This document shows, one piece after another, positions 10,319-19,805 of a stretch of DNA of 64,000 nt; positions within the stretch are counted from its first letter, which is position 1; every line of letters begins with the position of its first letter. The position numbers were made by a program, and so were the translations under genes. The stretch comes from an uncultured delta proteobacterium (GTDB lineage Bacteria > Desulfobacterota > Desulfobacteria > Desulfobacterales > QNYZ01): contig CAWJQU010000001.1 of NCBI GenBank assembly GCA_963845145.1, forward strand, positions 352,088-416,087, given 5' to 3'. The notes under the pieces were generated by a model that worked only from the letters and a program-made list of their open reading frames with translations, had not been told where the DNA came from and did not search any database.

Positions 10319-10875
10319 CAGCTGGCCTCCTGGATGTCAGGCTGGATATCGAGCGGGATGCCGAGAATCCGTTTGGCACGGTTAATGTACTGTAACGGTG
10401 CATGTACATGGTGGCACTGGTTACACTGGTGGGTAACTTTTACTTTCTGCTCTTCGAGATGGGCCGGCATAATGACGGTCTTGATCACTTCGTCGGACCG
10501 GGCCTGGATGGCGCGGTTGTGACATCGCAGGCAGAGGGTGCTGATCTCTTTTTCCTTTTTTACCGGGAGTGTCCCGATCTTTTTGCCGTCCTTGACATGA
10601 TCGGCCAAGGGACCGTGGCAGAATTCACAGGATATCGTACTGTGTTTGCCCCTTAAATGAATTTGGGCCTCAAAGCGATGGCAGGATAAACACGATGCGT
10701 TGGTCCCGTGTCGCATTTCAACTGTTGCAGCCTCTTCAATGGCATCGGCCCGGTAATGGCCGTATATGCCAAAAGATTTGGGAATAAGGAGCTTCTTTGC
10801 CGCGATCCCTAGGGCGACGACAACAATGAGTCCCACGATGATTCGCTTAACATGGGAATTATAGCTCGATTGCAA
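10318..10875 (-). CDS. Membrane-anchored tetraheme cytochrome c
   Basis: N-terminal TM helix; CLSCH, CEFCH, CLRCH, CNQCH; probable TTG start at 10875 after GGAGG (ORF track starts at 10902). Confidence 0.85.
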   Translation of the reverse strand: MQSSYNSHVKRIIVGLIVVVALGIAAKKLLIPKSFGIYGHYRADAIEEAATVEMRHGTNASCLSCHRFEAQIHLRGKHSTISCEFCHGPLADHVKDGKKIGTLPVKKEKEISTLCLRCHNRAIQARSDEVIKTVIMPAHLEEQKVKVTHQCNQCHHVHAPLQYINRAKRILGIPLDIQPDIQEAS

Positions 10876-11081
10876 GCCGCCTCCTTCAACCAAATGGTTC
10901 ATTCACAGGCAAACCTTTTCAGACTTTCATGTTCAGACTTTCAAAGTTAGCGCTTTAGAGATCAGGTTGCCCAAAATGAATTTTTTTATGTATGTTTGCA
11001 TCTCCGTCAGTACGAGAAGGGGTCACATAGAAGTATAACGGAAGTGTTGCTATTCTGGCACAACCTGACGAGATCCGTCAA

Positions 11082-11106
11082 GTTACGAAGATGTTAATAA
11101 TGTTAC
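11082..11106 (-). promoter_or_regulatory. Direct-repeat site typical of OmpR/PhoB-family regulators
   Basis: GTTAC/GTTAA/GTTAC repeats at 11082, 11093 and 11102, upstream of the cytochrome operon. Confidence 0.4.
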
Positions 11107-11169
11107 AATGTGGTGGAATCGTCTGATTTGAATCGTTCCGGTTAAGACCGCCTGGATTCGTACAAGACA

Positions 11170-11514
11170 CTATTTTTTTTTAAAAAAATGGTTAAAAATT
11201 TTGTCATCGCCAGCACAACATTCCTGATGCATACGCCGGTATTTATCAAGCAACTCCTTGCCTTCCACGGTTAGTTGTGTGCCTGTTTTTTTATCCGCCA
11301 GCACGATTTTCGTTCCGAAATGTTTCTCTGTCGCCTTGATCTTGCTCCAGGCCCCTTTGTACGACATCTTCATCTGTTTGGCAGCCTGGTTAATTGAGCC
11401 GGTCTTCTCAATATTCTCCAAAATTTTCATTCGTCCCCTGCCAAGGATAATCTCATTGTCTTCATTGACAATCCAATGGCTCGATCTCAGCTTAAGTCGT
11501 TGTTTTTTTTTCAA
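11170..11514 (-). CDS. ModE N-terminal winged-HTH protein (no TOBE domains)
   Basis: LGRGRMKILENIEKTGSINQAAKQMKMSYKGAWSKI signature. Confidence 0.85.
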   Translation of the reverse strand: MKKKQRLKLRSSHWIVNEDNEIILGRGRMKILENIEKTGSINQAAKQMKMSYKGAWSKIKATEKHFGTKIVLADKKTGTQLTVEGKELLDKYRRMHQECCAGDDKIFNHFFKKK

Positions 11515-11529
11515 TGGTTATGTCTTTGG

Positions 11530-12234
11530 TTATTTACTTAGGAGTTTGTAGCCAACGCCGGACACGGTAACAATATATTCCGGCTCTTCGGGATTGACCT
11601 CTATTTTTTTCCGTAACCTTCGAACATGAACATCCAATGCCCGGCTATGGCTGTATAATTCCGAATCCTGCCAAATCTGCTGTTGAATAAAATCACGGGA
11701 TAACACCTCGTCCGGGTAGGTGGCAAACAGTTCGAACAGAGCAAACTCGGTCCGGGTCAATTTGGCTTCTTTGCCGCGCGCCAGGACGCTTTTTGATTTG
11801 AAATTGATGGAGAGATCTTTGAAATCAGTTTGTTCTTGTACCAGGCTTCTTTGAATTCGGTCCAAAATCGCCTTGATCCGCGCAGAAAGTTCCAGGAAAT
11901 GAAACGGTTTGACCAGATAATCATCTGCGCCGCATTGCAATCCCAGCACCTTATCGGATAACCCATCCCGGGCGGTGAGCATGATAATCGGAAAATCGAA
12001 TTCCCGGCGAATAATCTGACAGGCCTTGACCCCGTCGATATCGGGTAGGTTCAAATCGAGAATGATCAAATCGGGCCGAATGGTGCGGGCAATATGCAGC
12101 CCGGTCATACCATCATAAGCGCAGTGGACCTGATATCCGTCCAACTCAAGGTTTCCCTTTAGGGTTTGAACAATATCCCGGTCATCATCGATGACAAGAA
12201 TACAGGGGTGGGTGCAGCATAGTTTATCGTTCAT
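11530..12234 (-). CDS. OmpR/PhoB-family response regulator
   Basis: Receiver domain (VIDDD, LDLNLP, GADDYLVKPF) and wHTH (DVHVRRLRKKIE..TVSGVGY). Confidence 0.95.
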   Translation of the reverse strand: MNDKLCCTHPCILVIDDDRDIVQTLKGNLELDGYQVHCAYDGMTGLHIARTIRPDLIILDLNLPDIDGVKACQIIRREFDFPIIMLTARDGLSDKVLGLQCGADDYLVKPFHFLELSARIKAILDRIQRSLVQEQTDFKDLSINFKSKSVLARGKEAKLTRTEFALFELFATYPDEVLSRDFIQQQIWQDSELYSHSRALDVHVRRLRKKIEVNPEEPEYIVTVSGVGYKLLSK

Positions 12235-12551
12235 GACACCGTTTCACCATTAAAGAACCATTTCGTCCTTATAAATAAAATTATGGGGTTATGAAAAAAA
12301 AATCAAGGCGGAAGGCAGTTAAAATTTGACGCTGAACCCTGCTTACGGTATCCTATCCATCTTTTATGCGTATACGAGCCTGAGCAGTTGAATCATTTTT
12401 CTTGTCATTTTGGTCGTCGAAGAAGGAAAATGAAAAAGCCCCCTCCTGATGGAATCCGGGCAATGGAATCCAGATAAGGAGCCACGATCTTTCGTATAAT
12501 ACCCCGTCCATACGCGCCGGTCATCAAGCAAACACAAACCGAGGGTTTTCG

Positions 12552-14162
12552 ATGCAAAAACCGCGTTTTTCTCTTCAGTTTAAATTTTTAGTGGTGATCA
12601 TTCTCATTGTCAGTCCGGTTTTGGGTGCGATTTTCATCTGGACGGGCATTCAAAATGAAAAAAATGCCATGGAACAAGTGATTAATCAGGCCCGGGTTTT
12701 ATCTCGCCAGATTATTCTGACACGGCAGTGGATATCCGATTGCGGAGGCATCATGGTTCTTGAAAATAGCCGTGGCGCTCGAAATACCCAATGCTTTTTC
12801 GAAGATCAAATGGATACGGATAAGGGGCGCTTTCTACGATTTACACCGTCGATGGTCACGCGTAAATTATCGGATTATTCGTATCAGCAGGACCTGTATC
12901 GTTTCCGGCTGGCGAGCATGAATCCAATCAATCCGGCCAACCTCCCCGATGCATTCGAACGAAATGCGCTAAACCGGTTTAAAAAAGTTGGCCTGGCGGA
13001 AATATATCGTTTCGAAAATAAGGCCGAAGATCCATTTTTCCAATATATTGTTCCCCTTTACATGGAAAGCGCCTGCTTGAAATGTCATACGCAACAAGAA
13101 GTATCCCATCAGGGTATCCTGGGGGGACTCAGCGTCTTTCTACCCCTCGACAAAGCGAAAACAGCATTTAAATATAATCACTTAAAGCTTGGCCTGGCCG
13201 GTCTCGGTTTTATCGGTTTGACGATTTTTATCCTGTTCTTTATGTTGCGGCGTATGGTGATTCGGCCGTTAAAAGCCCTCGAACATGCCACGACTGAAAT
13301 CAGCAGTGGTAATCTGGACGCAGAAGTCACCCTGCGGACAGGGGACGAATTCGAAAATCTGGGTATCACTTTTAATACAATGGCCCAGAAATTGGCCCGC
13401 GGAAGGGTGACGCTGGAAAAGCGGATCGACCAGGCTACACATAAGCTTTCCGAGGCGAACAGAGAACTAAAAACCCTCGACCAGCTAAAGTCCGACTTTC
13501 TGGCCAACATGTCGCATGAACTCAGGTCCCCCCTGACTGTCATTCGTGGCGGCATCGATTATCTTAACCGAAAAATCGAAATAGAGGACAACCGGAATTA
13601 TCTATCCATTATCGATAAAAATGTGGCCCGTCTGACCCGGCTGGTGACGGACCTGTTCGATTTCACCAAACTTGAAGCGAAAAAAATTGAGTGGTCTTTC
13701 GAATCGGAAGATTTGAACCGCTTAATTTCGGAAGTTCTTGAAATCATCAGCCCCATGGCCATTGATCGAAATATTGCGATCAATTTCGATTCGCGAGGCG
13801 ATATTTTTGTAGAAATGGATCTGGAACGCATTGAGCAGGTACTGGTCAATCTTATTGAAAACGCAATCAAATTTTCAAAGCGCCGTAAAAGCATCGACAT
13901 TTTCACGATTCAGGATCATGACAGTGTCACGGTCGGCATCAAGGACTACGGTGAAGGAATTGATCCGGCGTATATCGATACGATTTTCGAAAAATTTTCT
14001 ACAGCACCATCGGGAAGCCGCAGTCAAACCGAAGGAACCGGGCTCGGGCTGGCCATCTGTAAAGCCATCGTTGAAGCCCACGGCGGCCGTATCTGGGTGG
14101 TCAGCGAAAAGGGTGTATTCAGTACGTTTTACTTTTCGCTTCCAAAAACCCAGGCGGCCTGA
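12552..14162 (+). CDS. Sensor histidine kinase with periplasmic heme-c (DUF3365-like) domain, HAMP, HisKA, HATPase
   Basis: Two TM helices flanking NPINPAN..CLKCH; SHELRSPL, NLIENAIKF, DYGEGI, GTGLGL boxes. Confidence 0.93.
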   Translation: MQKPRFSLQFKFLVVIILIVSPVLGAIFIWTGIQNEKNAMEQVINQARVLSRQIILTRQWISDCGGIMVLENSRGARNTQCFFEDQMDTDKGRFLRFTPSMVTRKLSDYSYQQDLYRFRLASMNPINPANLPDAFERNALNRFKKVGLAEIYRFENKAEDPFFQYIVPLYMESACLKCHTQQEVSHQGILGGLSVFLPLDKAKTAFKYNHLKLGLAGLGFIGLTIFILFFMLRRMVIRPLKALEHATTEISSGNLDAEVTLRTGDEFENLGITFNTMAQKLARGRVTLEKRIDQATHKLSEANRELKTLDQLKSDFLANMSHELRSPLTVIRGGIDYLNRKIEIEDNRNYLSIIDKNVARLTRLVTDLFDFTKLEAKKIEWSFESEDLNRLISEVLEIISPMAIDRNIAINFDSRGDIFVEMDLERIEQVLVNLIENAIKFSKRRKSIDIFTIQDHDSVTVGIKDYGEGIDPAYIDTIFEKFSTAPSGSRSQTEGTGLGLAICKAIVEAHGGRIWVVSEKGVFSTFYFSLPKTQAA

Positions 14163-14229
14163 TAGGCTCATTGGTCTCGATCAGGGTAATATACCCACAA
14201 TCCAAGCAAGACACGTAAAGGAGAATCCC

Positions 14230-14544
14230 ATGTACTTACCCAAGCCTTACGAATCCTTTTCAAAAAAACATCCGGAACTCATCAAGCAATATCAAGACCT
14301 CGGCAAATCCTGTCGGGAGGCCGGACCCCTGGAAGCCAAATATCAGGAATTGGTCAAGTTGGGGATCGCCATCGGTGTCAACTCGCGCGGGGGCGTCATG
14401 TCTGCTGCCCGAAAAGCGCTCGCTGCGGGAGCCACGCTGGAGGAAATCACCCATGCTGTCATCCTATCCATGACCACAACCGGGTTTCCCAATATGATCG
14501 CCGCCATTGAATGGGTCAATGAGGTGGCGGAAAAACAAAAATAG
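14230..14544 (+). CDS. Carboxymuconolactone decarboxylase (CMD/AhpD-like) family protein
   Basis: ATG 14230 after AAGGAG; GPLEAKYQELVKLGIAIG..ALAAGATLEEI..TTGFP. Confidence 0.85.
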   Translation: MYLPKPYESFSKKHPELIKQYQDLGKSCREAGPLEAKYQELVKLGIAIGVNSRGGVMSAARKALAAGATLEEITHAVILSMTTTGFPNMIAAIEWVNEVAEKQK

Positions 14545-14580
14545 TCCTACAATACTGTAAAAAAGAACGTTTACATAATT

Positions 14581-14720
14581 GATGCACTCGTAAAAAGTAG
14601 CACGAATGGCTAAGTTAAAAGGCTCATATACAAGGCGTTGTGGTTTTACAGGATCGAAAGTATGTTGAGAGTCTGGAAAACGACAACAACGCCGTAGATG
14701 AGACTTTTTACGACGCCATC
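14581..14720. mobile_element. 140-bp MITE-like element with terminal inverted repeats and target-site duplication
   Basis: Ends GATGCACTCGTAAAAAGT and ACTTTTTACGACGCCATC; ATAATT on both flanks (14575-14580, 14721-14726); long internal hairpin. Confidence 0.75.
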
Positions 14721-14936
14721 ATAATTAACGACTTGAATCATGTCAGGCTGAAGGGACCGGTGTGCCGTCCTCTCAACTGACGCGCACCGATACTCCCGTC
14801 ACACGAACGCCCCCATTTAACCAGGTAAAAGAACCCCCAGTGCAGGTGGTGGGGGTTCTTTGACCTTTCTGCGATAAATCCATACATAAAAACGAAGTTA
14901 TTTTTTCTTTTTTTCTTGTCAACCGCGTTTTTTTTA

Positions 14937-14958
14937 GTTATGTTATATTTAACATAAG
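14937..14958 (+). promoter_or_regulatory. ModE-type operator
   Basis: GTTATGT-N8-ACATAAG palindrome matching ModE box geometry, 15 nt upstream of the FmdE/molybdopterin genes. Confidence 0.65.
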
Positions 14959-14973
14959 GTAGGCGAAAAAAAT

Positions 14974-15597
14974 ATGATGGAAAATTTTGAAACCCTCTTA
15001 CAAGGTTCCGCCGAAGTCCATGGCCATTTATGCCCGGGTCAGGTGGTTGGTGTGCGCATGGCCATGCTGGGATGTGAATTGGTCGAACTCGACGATCCCA
15101 GCCATCTGCCGCAAATCAAGAAACTGATTGTCTTTGTGGAAATCGATCGCTGCGCCACGGATGCCATCGCCCATGTTACAGGGGTTCGGCTGGGGCGACG
15201 CTCCTTAAAATTTATCGATAACGGCATCATGGCAGCCACATTCGTCAACCTGGAAACCAAACGCGCCTTTCGAATCCGCTCAACGGAAAAATCACGCGAA
15301 CTGGCCGCCGAATATGCACCCGAAATCAAAGATAAACACCTGCAGCAGCTGGAAGCCTATAAACGTATGCCCAACGACCAGCTTTTTAAAGTTGAGGCCG
15401 TGGACGTCACCATTCCCATACATGATATGCCCGGACCGACCGGCTTTAAGGCAACCTGCCAAAGCTGCGGTACCGTCGTTAGAGATAAGAGGGAAGTATT
15501 AAAAAACGGAAAGGTATTGTGCCGATCATGCGCTTTCGGTGCATACTACCACTATCCGGAAGAGGCTGGGTGCAGCCCCTCCTTGAAAGTCGTATGA
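14974..15597 (+). CDS. FmdE family protein with C-terminal Zn finger
   Basis: HGHLCPGQVVG, EIDRCATDAI, CQSCG..LCRSC. Confidence 0.9.
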   Translation: MMENFETLLQGSAEVHGHLCPGQVVGVRMAMLGCELVELDDPSHLPQIKKLIVFVEIDRCATDAIAHVTGVRLGRRSLKFIDNGIMAATFVNLETKRAFRIRSTEKSRELAAEYAPEIKDKHLQQLEAYKRMPNDQLFKVEAVDVTIPIHDMPGPTGFKATCQSCGTVVRDKREVLKNGKVLCRSCAFGAYYHYPEEAGCSPSLKVV

Positions 15598-15640
15598 GCC
15601 CCGGATGGACCCCGGATGACCAATTGATTTGGAGAGAGAG

Positions 15641-16708
15641 ATGTTAAAACGGCACGATCATCATTGTGAAAAAGACCTATTTCAAAAAATCAGGGTAGAA
15701 GATGCCGTTGGAATGACCCTGAGCCATGATATCACCGAAGTGAGACCGGGTGAATTTAAAGGTCCGTCGTTTCGAAAAGGGCATAAAGTCCGCGAAAGTG
15801 ATCTGTGCCACCTGATGCGCCTGGGCAAACGCCACTTATATGTCCTCGAACTCAACGAAAACCAGGTCCATGAAGATGAGGCCGTTGTTGAGCTCGCTAA
15901 TGCCCTGGCGGGACCGGGAGTGACTTTCGGAGCGCAACCCCGTGAAGGTAAAATTCAATTGATGGCCGCTTATGACGGATTATTGAAGGTTAAGGTCGAC
16001 CCGTTGACACAATTCAATCTGATCCCGGATGTCATGTGTGCCTCTGTTCACAACAATACACCCTTAAAAAAAGGCCAAATGATCGCTGGAACCCGGGCCA
16101 TTCCTCTGGTCATCGACCGTGATGTGCTTGGCCAGGCTGTTTCCATGGCCACGAGCTCATTTCCGATATTTTCAGTAAAAGCATTCAACACCGTGACGGC
16201 CCGTCTGATCATTACCGGCAATGAGGTCTACGACGGGTTGATTGAGGATCGGTTTGAAAACATCGTCTCTAAGAAGCTATCCGATATCGGATCGATACTG
16301 GCTGAAACTGTTATTCTACCTGACGACCGGGAACAGATAGCAGACAAAGTGAAACAATTCCTTGAGATGGGCACCGACCTGATTATCACCACCGGCGGCA
16401 TGTCCGTGGATCCGGATGATGTCACACGGTTGGGCATTCAGGCCGCTGGTGTCGACCAGATCAATTATGGCGCCGCCGTCCTCCCCGGTGCCATGTTTCT
16501 TTTAGCCTATAAAGAAAATACGCCCATCGTCGGTATCCCCGCCTGCGGTCTTTTTCATTCAATCACCATCTTCGACTTGATTCTGCCCCGGTTGCTGGCC
16601 GGTGAAAAACCCGGCGCCGAAGACCTGGCCCGGCTAGCCCATGGCGGTCTATGCCTGGACTGCCCCACCTGCCGCTACCCGGCCTGTTCTTTCGGCAAAT
16701 CCGGATAA
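15641..16708 (+). CDS. Molybdopterin-binding (MoeA-like) protein with C-terminal Cys cluster
   Basis: VEDAVGMTLSHDITE, ITGNEV, TGGMSVDPDD, PGAMFL, CLDCPTCRYPACSFGK. Confidence 0.88.
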   Translation: MLKRHDHHCEKDLFQKIRVEDAVGMTLSHDITEVRPGEFKGPSFRKGHKVRESDLCHLMRLGKRHLYVLELNENQVHEDEAVVELANALAGPGVTFGAQPREGKIQLMAAYDGLLKVKVDPLTQFNLIPDVMCASVHNNTPLKKGQMIAGTRAIPLVIDRDVLGQAVSMATSSFPIFSVKAFNTVTARLIITGNEVYDGLIEDRFENIVSKKLSDIGSILAETVILPDDREQIADKVKQFLEMGTDLIITTGGMSVDPDDVTRLGIQAAGVDQINYGAAVLPGAMFLLAYKENTPIVGIPACGLFHSITIFDLILPRLLAGEKPGAEDLARLAHGGLCLDCPTCRYPACSFGKSG

Positions 16709-16878
16709 AACATTCGGGATGCCGCAGGCATCTTCTCAAAACTTGCCAGACGTTCATCCTGCATTACTGTAAATAAATCGATGGCAATTTCATGAGGGGC
16801 GATTGAACCCGCCAGACGATTTTTCAGCGAATCCCCTCGCCCACCACCCTAGTTAAAACCATACAAGGAGAACACCCC

Positions 16879-17496
16879 ATGACACATCACAATATATGTT
16901 GCGGATTGAAAGTTGGTCAGGAAGTGCCGGAATTTGAATTGGACACTTACGATGCCACAGAAGGCTATTTCGGCAAAATATCTCTGGGCCAGTTGAAAAA
17001 AGACGGCAAATGGACGGTTCTGTTCTTTTATCCGGCGGACTTCACCTTCGTTTGCGCCACTGAATTTGCCGCTCTGGCGGAGAAATACGATGCGTTCAAA
17101 GCCCTGGGCGCAGAATTGGTCACCGTCAGCACCGATACCCAGTTTACCCATCTCGCGTGGCAAAGGGAAGAGACATCGTTAAAGAACGTTAAATACCCCA
17201 TGGCGGCCGATCCAACCGGGAATGTCTCCCGGTTGTTCGGCGTGTATGAAGAAAATAGCGGGTTGGCCCTTAGGGGGGCCTTTATCATCAATCCTGAAGG
17301 TGTTTTGATGAATGCCGAGATCAACTTTTTTAATCTGGGCCGAAACGTGGATGAGTTGCTGCGGAAGCTCAAAGCAAATACCTACCTGGCCGAGCACGGG
17401 GATGAAGCATGTCCGGCCAAATGGTCCGGCGAAGGCGATAAAACCCTGACGCCGAACGAAAAACTCGTTGGCCGGGTGGCCGAGGCTCTCGAGTAA
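16879..17496 (+). CDS. 2-Cys peroxiredoxin (AhpC family)
   Basis: FYPADFTFVCATE, GRNVDELLR, EACPAKW. Confidence 0.93.
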   Translation: MTHHNICCGLKVGQEVPEFELDTYDATEGYFGKISLGQLKKDGKWTVLFFYPADFTFVCATEFAALAEKYDAFKALGAELVTVSTDTQFTHLAWQREETSLKNVKYPMAADPTGNVSRLFGVYEENSGLALRGAFIINPEGVLMNAEINFFNLGRNVDELLRKLKANTYLAEHGDEACPAKWSGEGDKTLTPNEKLVGRVAEALE

Positions 17497-17521
17497 TGGT
17501 TAAACGGATAGCGCTTTAGAA

Positions 17522-17552
17522 GCTCATTGCGGTGATCTTCACCGCAATGAGC
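17522..17552. terminator. Perfect 14-bp hairpin after the peroxiredoxin gene
   Basis: GCTCATTGCGGTGA-TCT-TCACCGCAATGAGC; no clear U-tract, so it may be a REP-like element. Confidence 0.45.
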
Positions 17553-17720
17553 CAAACAGGACCATATCTGATCCGCCGCCATTTTCCGTTTCGACCTCAC
17601 CCCGCCCCGAGCTTTTAGTGCAGCCCCGTTTTTCGTTACAATCAGATATCCCTTCGCCAAACTTCCGCTTCGATTATTTTTTAAACACAATGCCTGCCCT
17701 CATGACACATGCCCTTTGGA

Positions 17721-17737
17721 TTGACCCATTAAGTCAA
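17721..17737 (+). promoter_or_regulatory. Rrf2 (IscR/CymR-like) operator candidate
   Basis: TTGAC-N7-GTCAA palindrome upstream of cysE-cysK. Confidence 0.45.
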
Positions 17738-17852
17738 ATGCTTGCATTTACATTTCAAGTGGCATCTTTTGACAATAAAATAAATCATCTTAGATTATAA
17801 ATCATTCACCCGTTACAATTGAAAACGTTTTCGCAAGGAGAAAACCATCACC

Positions 17853-18800
17853 ATGGACCAAACCAGCAATCCTTCGGATTCCTGCAAAATTGAAGCATTT
17901 ACCATTAACGACTACCGGAAACAGCTTCCGGAAGTGGCCGATAGCGTGATCGCCAATTGTGAGGATTCGACCTGTTATACCCACATCAATTACGAACCAA
18001 TCCCCTCGCGAGCATCGGTCATTGATATCATTGAACGGTTTCGACAAATCCTGTTTCCCGGGTATTTTAACCGTGAGCGTTTGGATCCGGTTAATATGCG
18101 TTACGCCATCGGCCAGGCGACGGCGGAACTCTTTGATAATCTTGGCGAACAGATCGGCCATGCCATTCGCCATGACTGCTTTCGCTATAATCTACCGTGC
18201 AGCGAATGTGATGAAAGCGGCCATAAAAAGGCCCTTGAAATCCTAAAGGCCGTTCCCGATATTCGAAAAAAACTGGCCACAGATGTAACCGCAACCTATG
18301 ATGGGGATCCCGCCGCTTCCAGTCATGATGAAATCATCTTCAGCTATCCGGGCATACTGGCCACCACCATATATCGTGTGGCCCATCTCATTTACAAACT
18401 CAACATCCCGCTGTTGCCTCGCATCATGTCCGAATACGCCCATAGCATCACCGGAATAGACATCCATCCGGGAGCCGATATTGGGGAACGCTTTGTCATC
18501 GATCACGGTACGGGTGTCGTGATCGGCGAGACGACGGTGATCGGTAGAAACGTACGCATCTATCAGGGGGTCACACTGGGCGCGCTATCCCTGCCGCCCA
18601 ATGCCGGCGACGGTCTGCGCGGACAAAAAAGACACCCCACGATTGAAGACGATGTCATTATCTACTCCGGTGCCACTATCCTCGGTGGCGATACGATTAT
18701 CGGCGCCCGATCGGTCATCGGGGGAAATGTCTGGCTTACCCGATCCGTGGCTCCGGAGACATCGGTCATTCTCGAATCGCCCAAGCTTGTATATAAATGA
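17853..18800 (+). CDS. cysE: Serine O-acetyltransferase (EpsC-type)
   Basis: GDPAA, TGIDIHPGA, IDHGTGVVIGET, YQGVTLG, KRHPTIED. Confidence 0.95.
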   Translation: MDQTSNPSDSCKIEAFTINDYRKQLPEVADSVIANCEDSTCYTHINYEPIPSRASVIDIIERFRQILFPGYFNRERLDPVNMRYAIGQATAELFDNLGEQIGHAIRHDCFRYNLPCSECDESGHKKALEILKAVPDIRKKLATDVTATYDGDPAASSHDEIIFSYPGILATTIYRVAHLIYKLNIPLLPRIMSEYAHSITGIDIHPGADIGERFVIDHGTGVVIGETTVIGRNVRIYQGVTLGALSLPPNAGDGLRGQKRHPTIEDDVIIYSGATILGGDTIIGARSVIGGNVWLTRSVAPETSVILESPKLVYK

Positions 18801-18884
18801 AGCCCCGGTGGATTCCTGAAAACGGGTGGATTCCCGGAAACAGGTTTTACAATACTAAATCTAAAATCCAAATGGAGGGCCACG

Positions 18885-19805
18885 ATGCCAATACATGAAA
18901 CAATCGCCCATACCATCGGCCACACACCGCTTGTCTCGCTAAATCGCATGGGTGCGCCTGAGAATGTCTCGCTTTTAGCCAAATTGGAGTTTTTCAACCC
19001 GGTGGGGAGTGTAAAGGACCGCATTGGGGCCGCCATGATTTCTGCCGGCGAAAAAGACGGGAAAATTGGCCCCAATACGTTGATCGTCGAACCCACCAGC
19101 GGCAATACCGGTATCGCCCTGGCATTTATCTGCGCGGTCAAGGGTTACCGCATTTGCCTGACCATGCCGGAGACCATGAGCGTGGAACGCCGCAAACTTC
19201 TGTCTCATCTGGGTGCTGAACTGGTGTTGACACCTGGGCCTAAGGGAATGAAGGGAGCCATTGCCAAAGCCGAAGAGATAGTGGCTTCCGAAAAAAACAG
19301 TTTCATGCCCAACCAATTCGCCAACCCGGCCAACCCTCAGATTCACCGGGAAACCACGGCCGAGGAGATTTGGCGCGATACAAACGGCAAAGCAGACATA
19401 CTGGTTGCCGGTGTCGGCACCGGCGGTACGATCACCGGGGTCGCATCAGTGATCAAATCCCGCAATCCGGTTTTTAAGGCCATTGCCGTGGAGCCGGCAG
19501 CCTCACCGGTGCTCTCCGGTGGAGACCCCGGCCCCCATAAAATTCAGGGTATCGGGGCAGGGTTCGTGCCGGCGGTGCTCGATCGTTCTCTGGTGGATGA
19601 GGTTGTCGCGGTTGACAATGAGGCATCTTTTCAAACAGCGCGACAACTGGCAAAAAAAGAAGGGATCCTTTGTGGTATTTCGTCCGGCGCGGCGGTGAAA
19701 GCCGCCCTTGAAGTAGCACAGCGGCCGGACTCGGCCAATAAACAGATCGTGGTGATTCTACCCAGCACCGGCGAACGGTACTTGAGTACGGACCTCTTTA
19801 AATAG
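18885..19805 (+). CDS. cysK: Cysteine synthase A
   Basis: SVKDR (PLP Lys), [28 protein letters not shown]. Confidence 0.96.
   Translation: MPIHETIAHTIGHTPLVSLNRMGAPENVSLLAKLEFFNPVGSVKDRIGAAMISAGEKDGKIGPNTLIVEPTSGNTGIALAFICAVKGYRICLTMPETMSVERRKLLSHLGAELVLTPGPKGMKGAIAKAEEIVASEKNSFMPNQFANPANPQIHRETTAEEIWRDTNGKADILVAGVGTGGTITGVASVIKSRNPVFKAIAVEPAASPVLSGGDPGPHKIQGIGAGFVPAVLDRSLVDEVVAVDNEASFQTARQLAKKEGILCGISSGAAVKAALEVAQRPDSANKQIVVILPSTGERYLSTDLFK

Noticed and set aside
9713..10522. 269-aa plus-strand ORF and similar antisense ORFs across the window
   Set aside because: Shadow frames of well-supported opposite-strand genes, with no recognisable motifs.
10905..10975. c-di-GMP riboswitch upstream of the cytochrome operon
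   Set aside because: The GGCAAC..GGTTTGCC ends lack the GAAA tetraloop and receptor architecture; only a TGAAAGTCTGAA duplication is present.
13831..14229. N-terminal extension of the 237-aa ORF
   Set aside because: It overlaps the kinase in another frame; the RBS and family match begin at ATG 14230.
14730..14810. SRP RNA, TPP or cobalamin riboswitch
   Set aside because: Only short sub-motifs match; the conserved SRP GGAAGCAG, TPP 3' half and B12 box are missing. Kept as an unassigned finding.
16879..17496. Selenocysteine in the peroxiredoxin
   Set aside because: The peroxidatic codon is TGC (Cys) and the ORF is uninterrupted.
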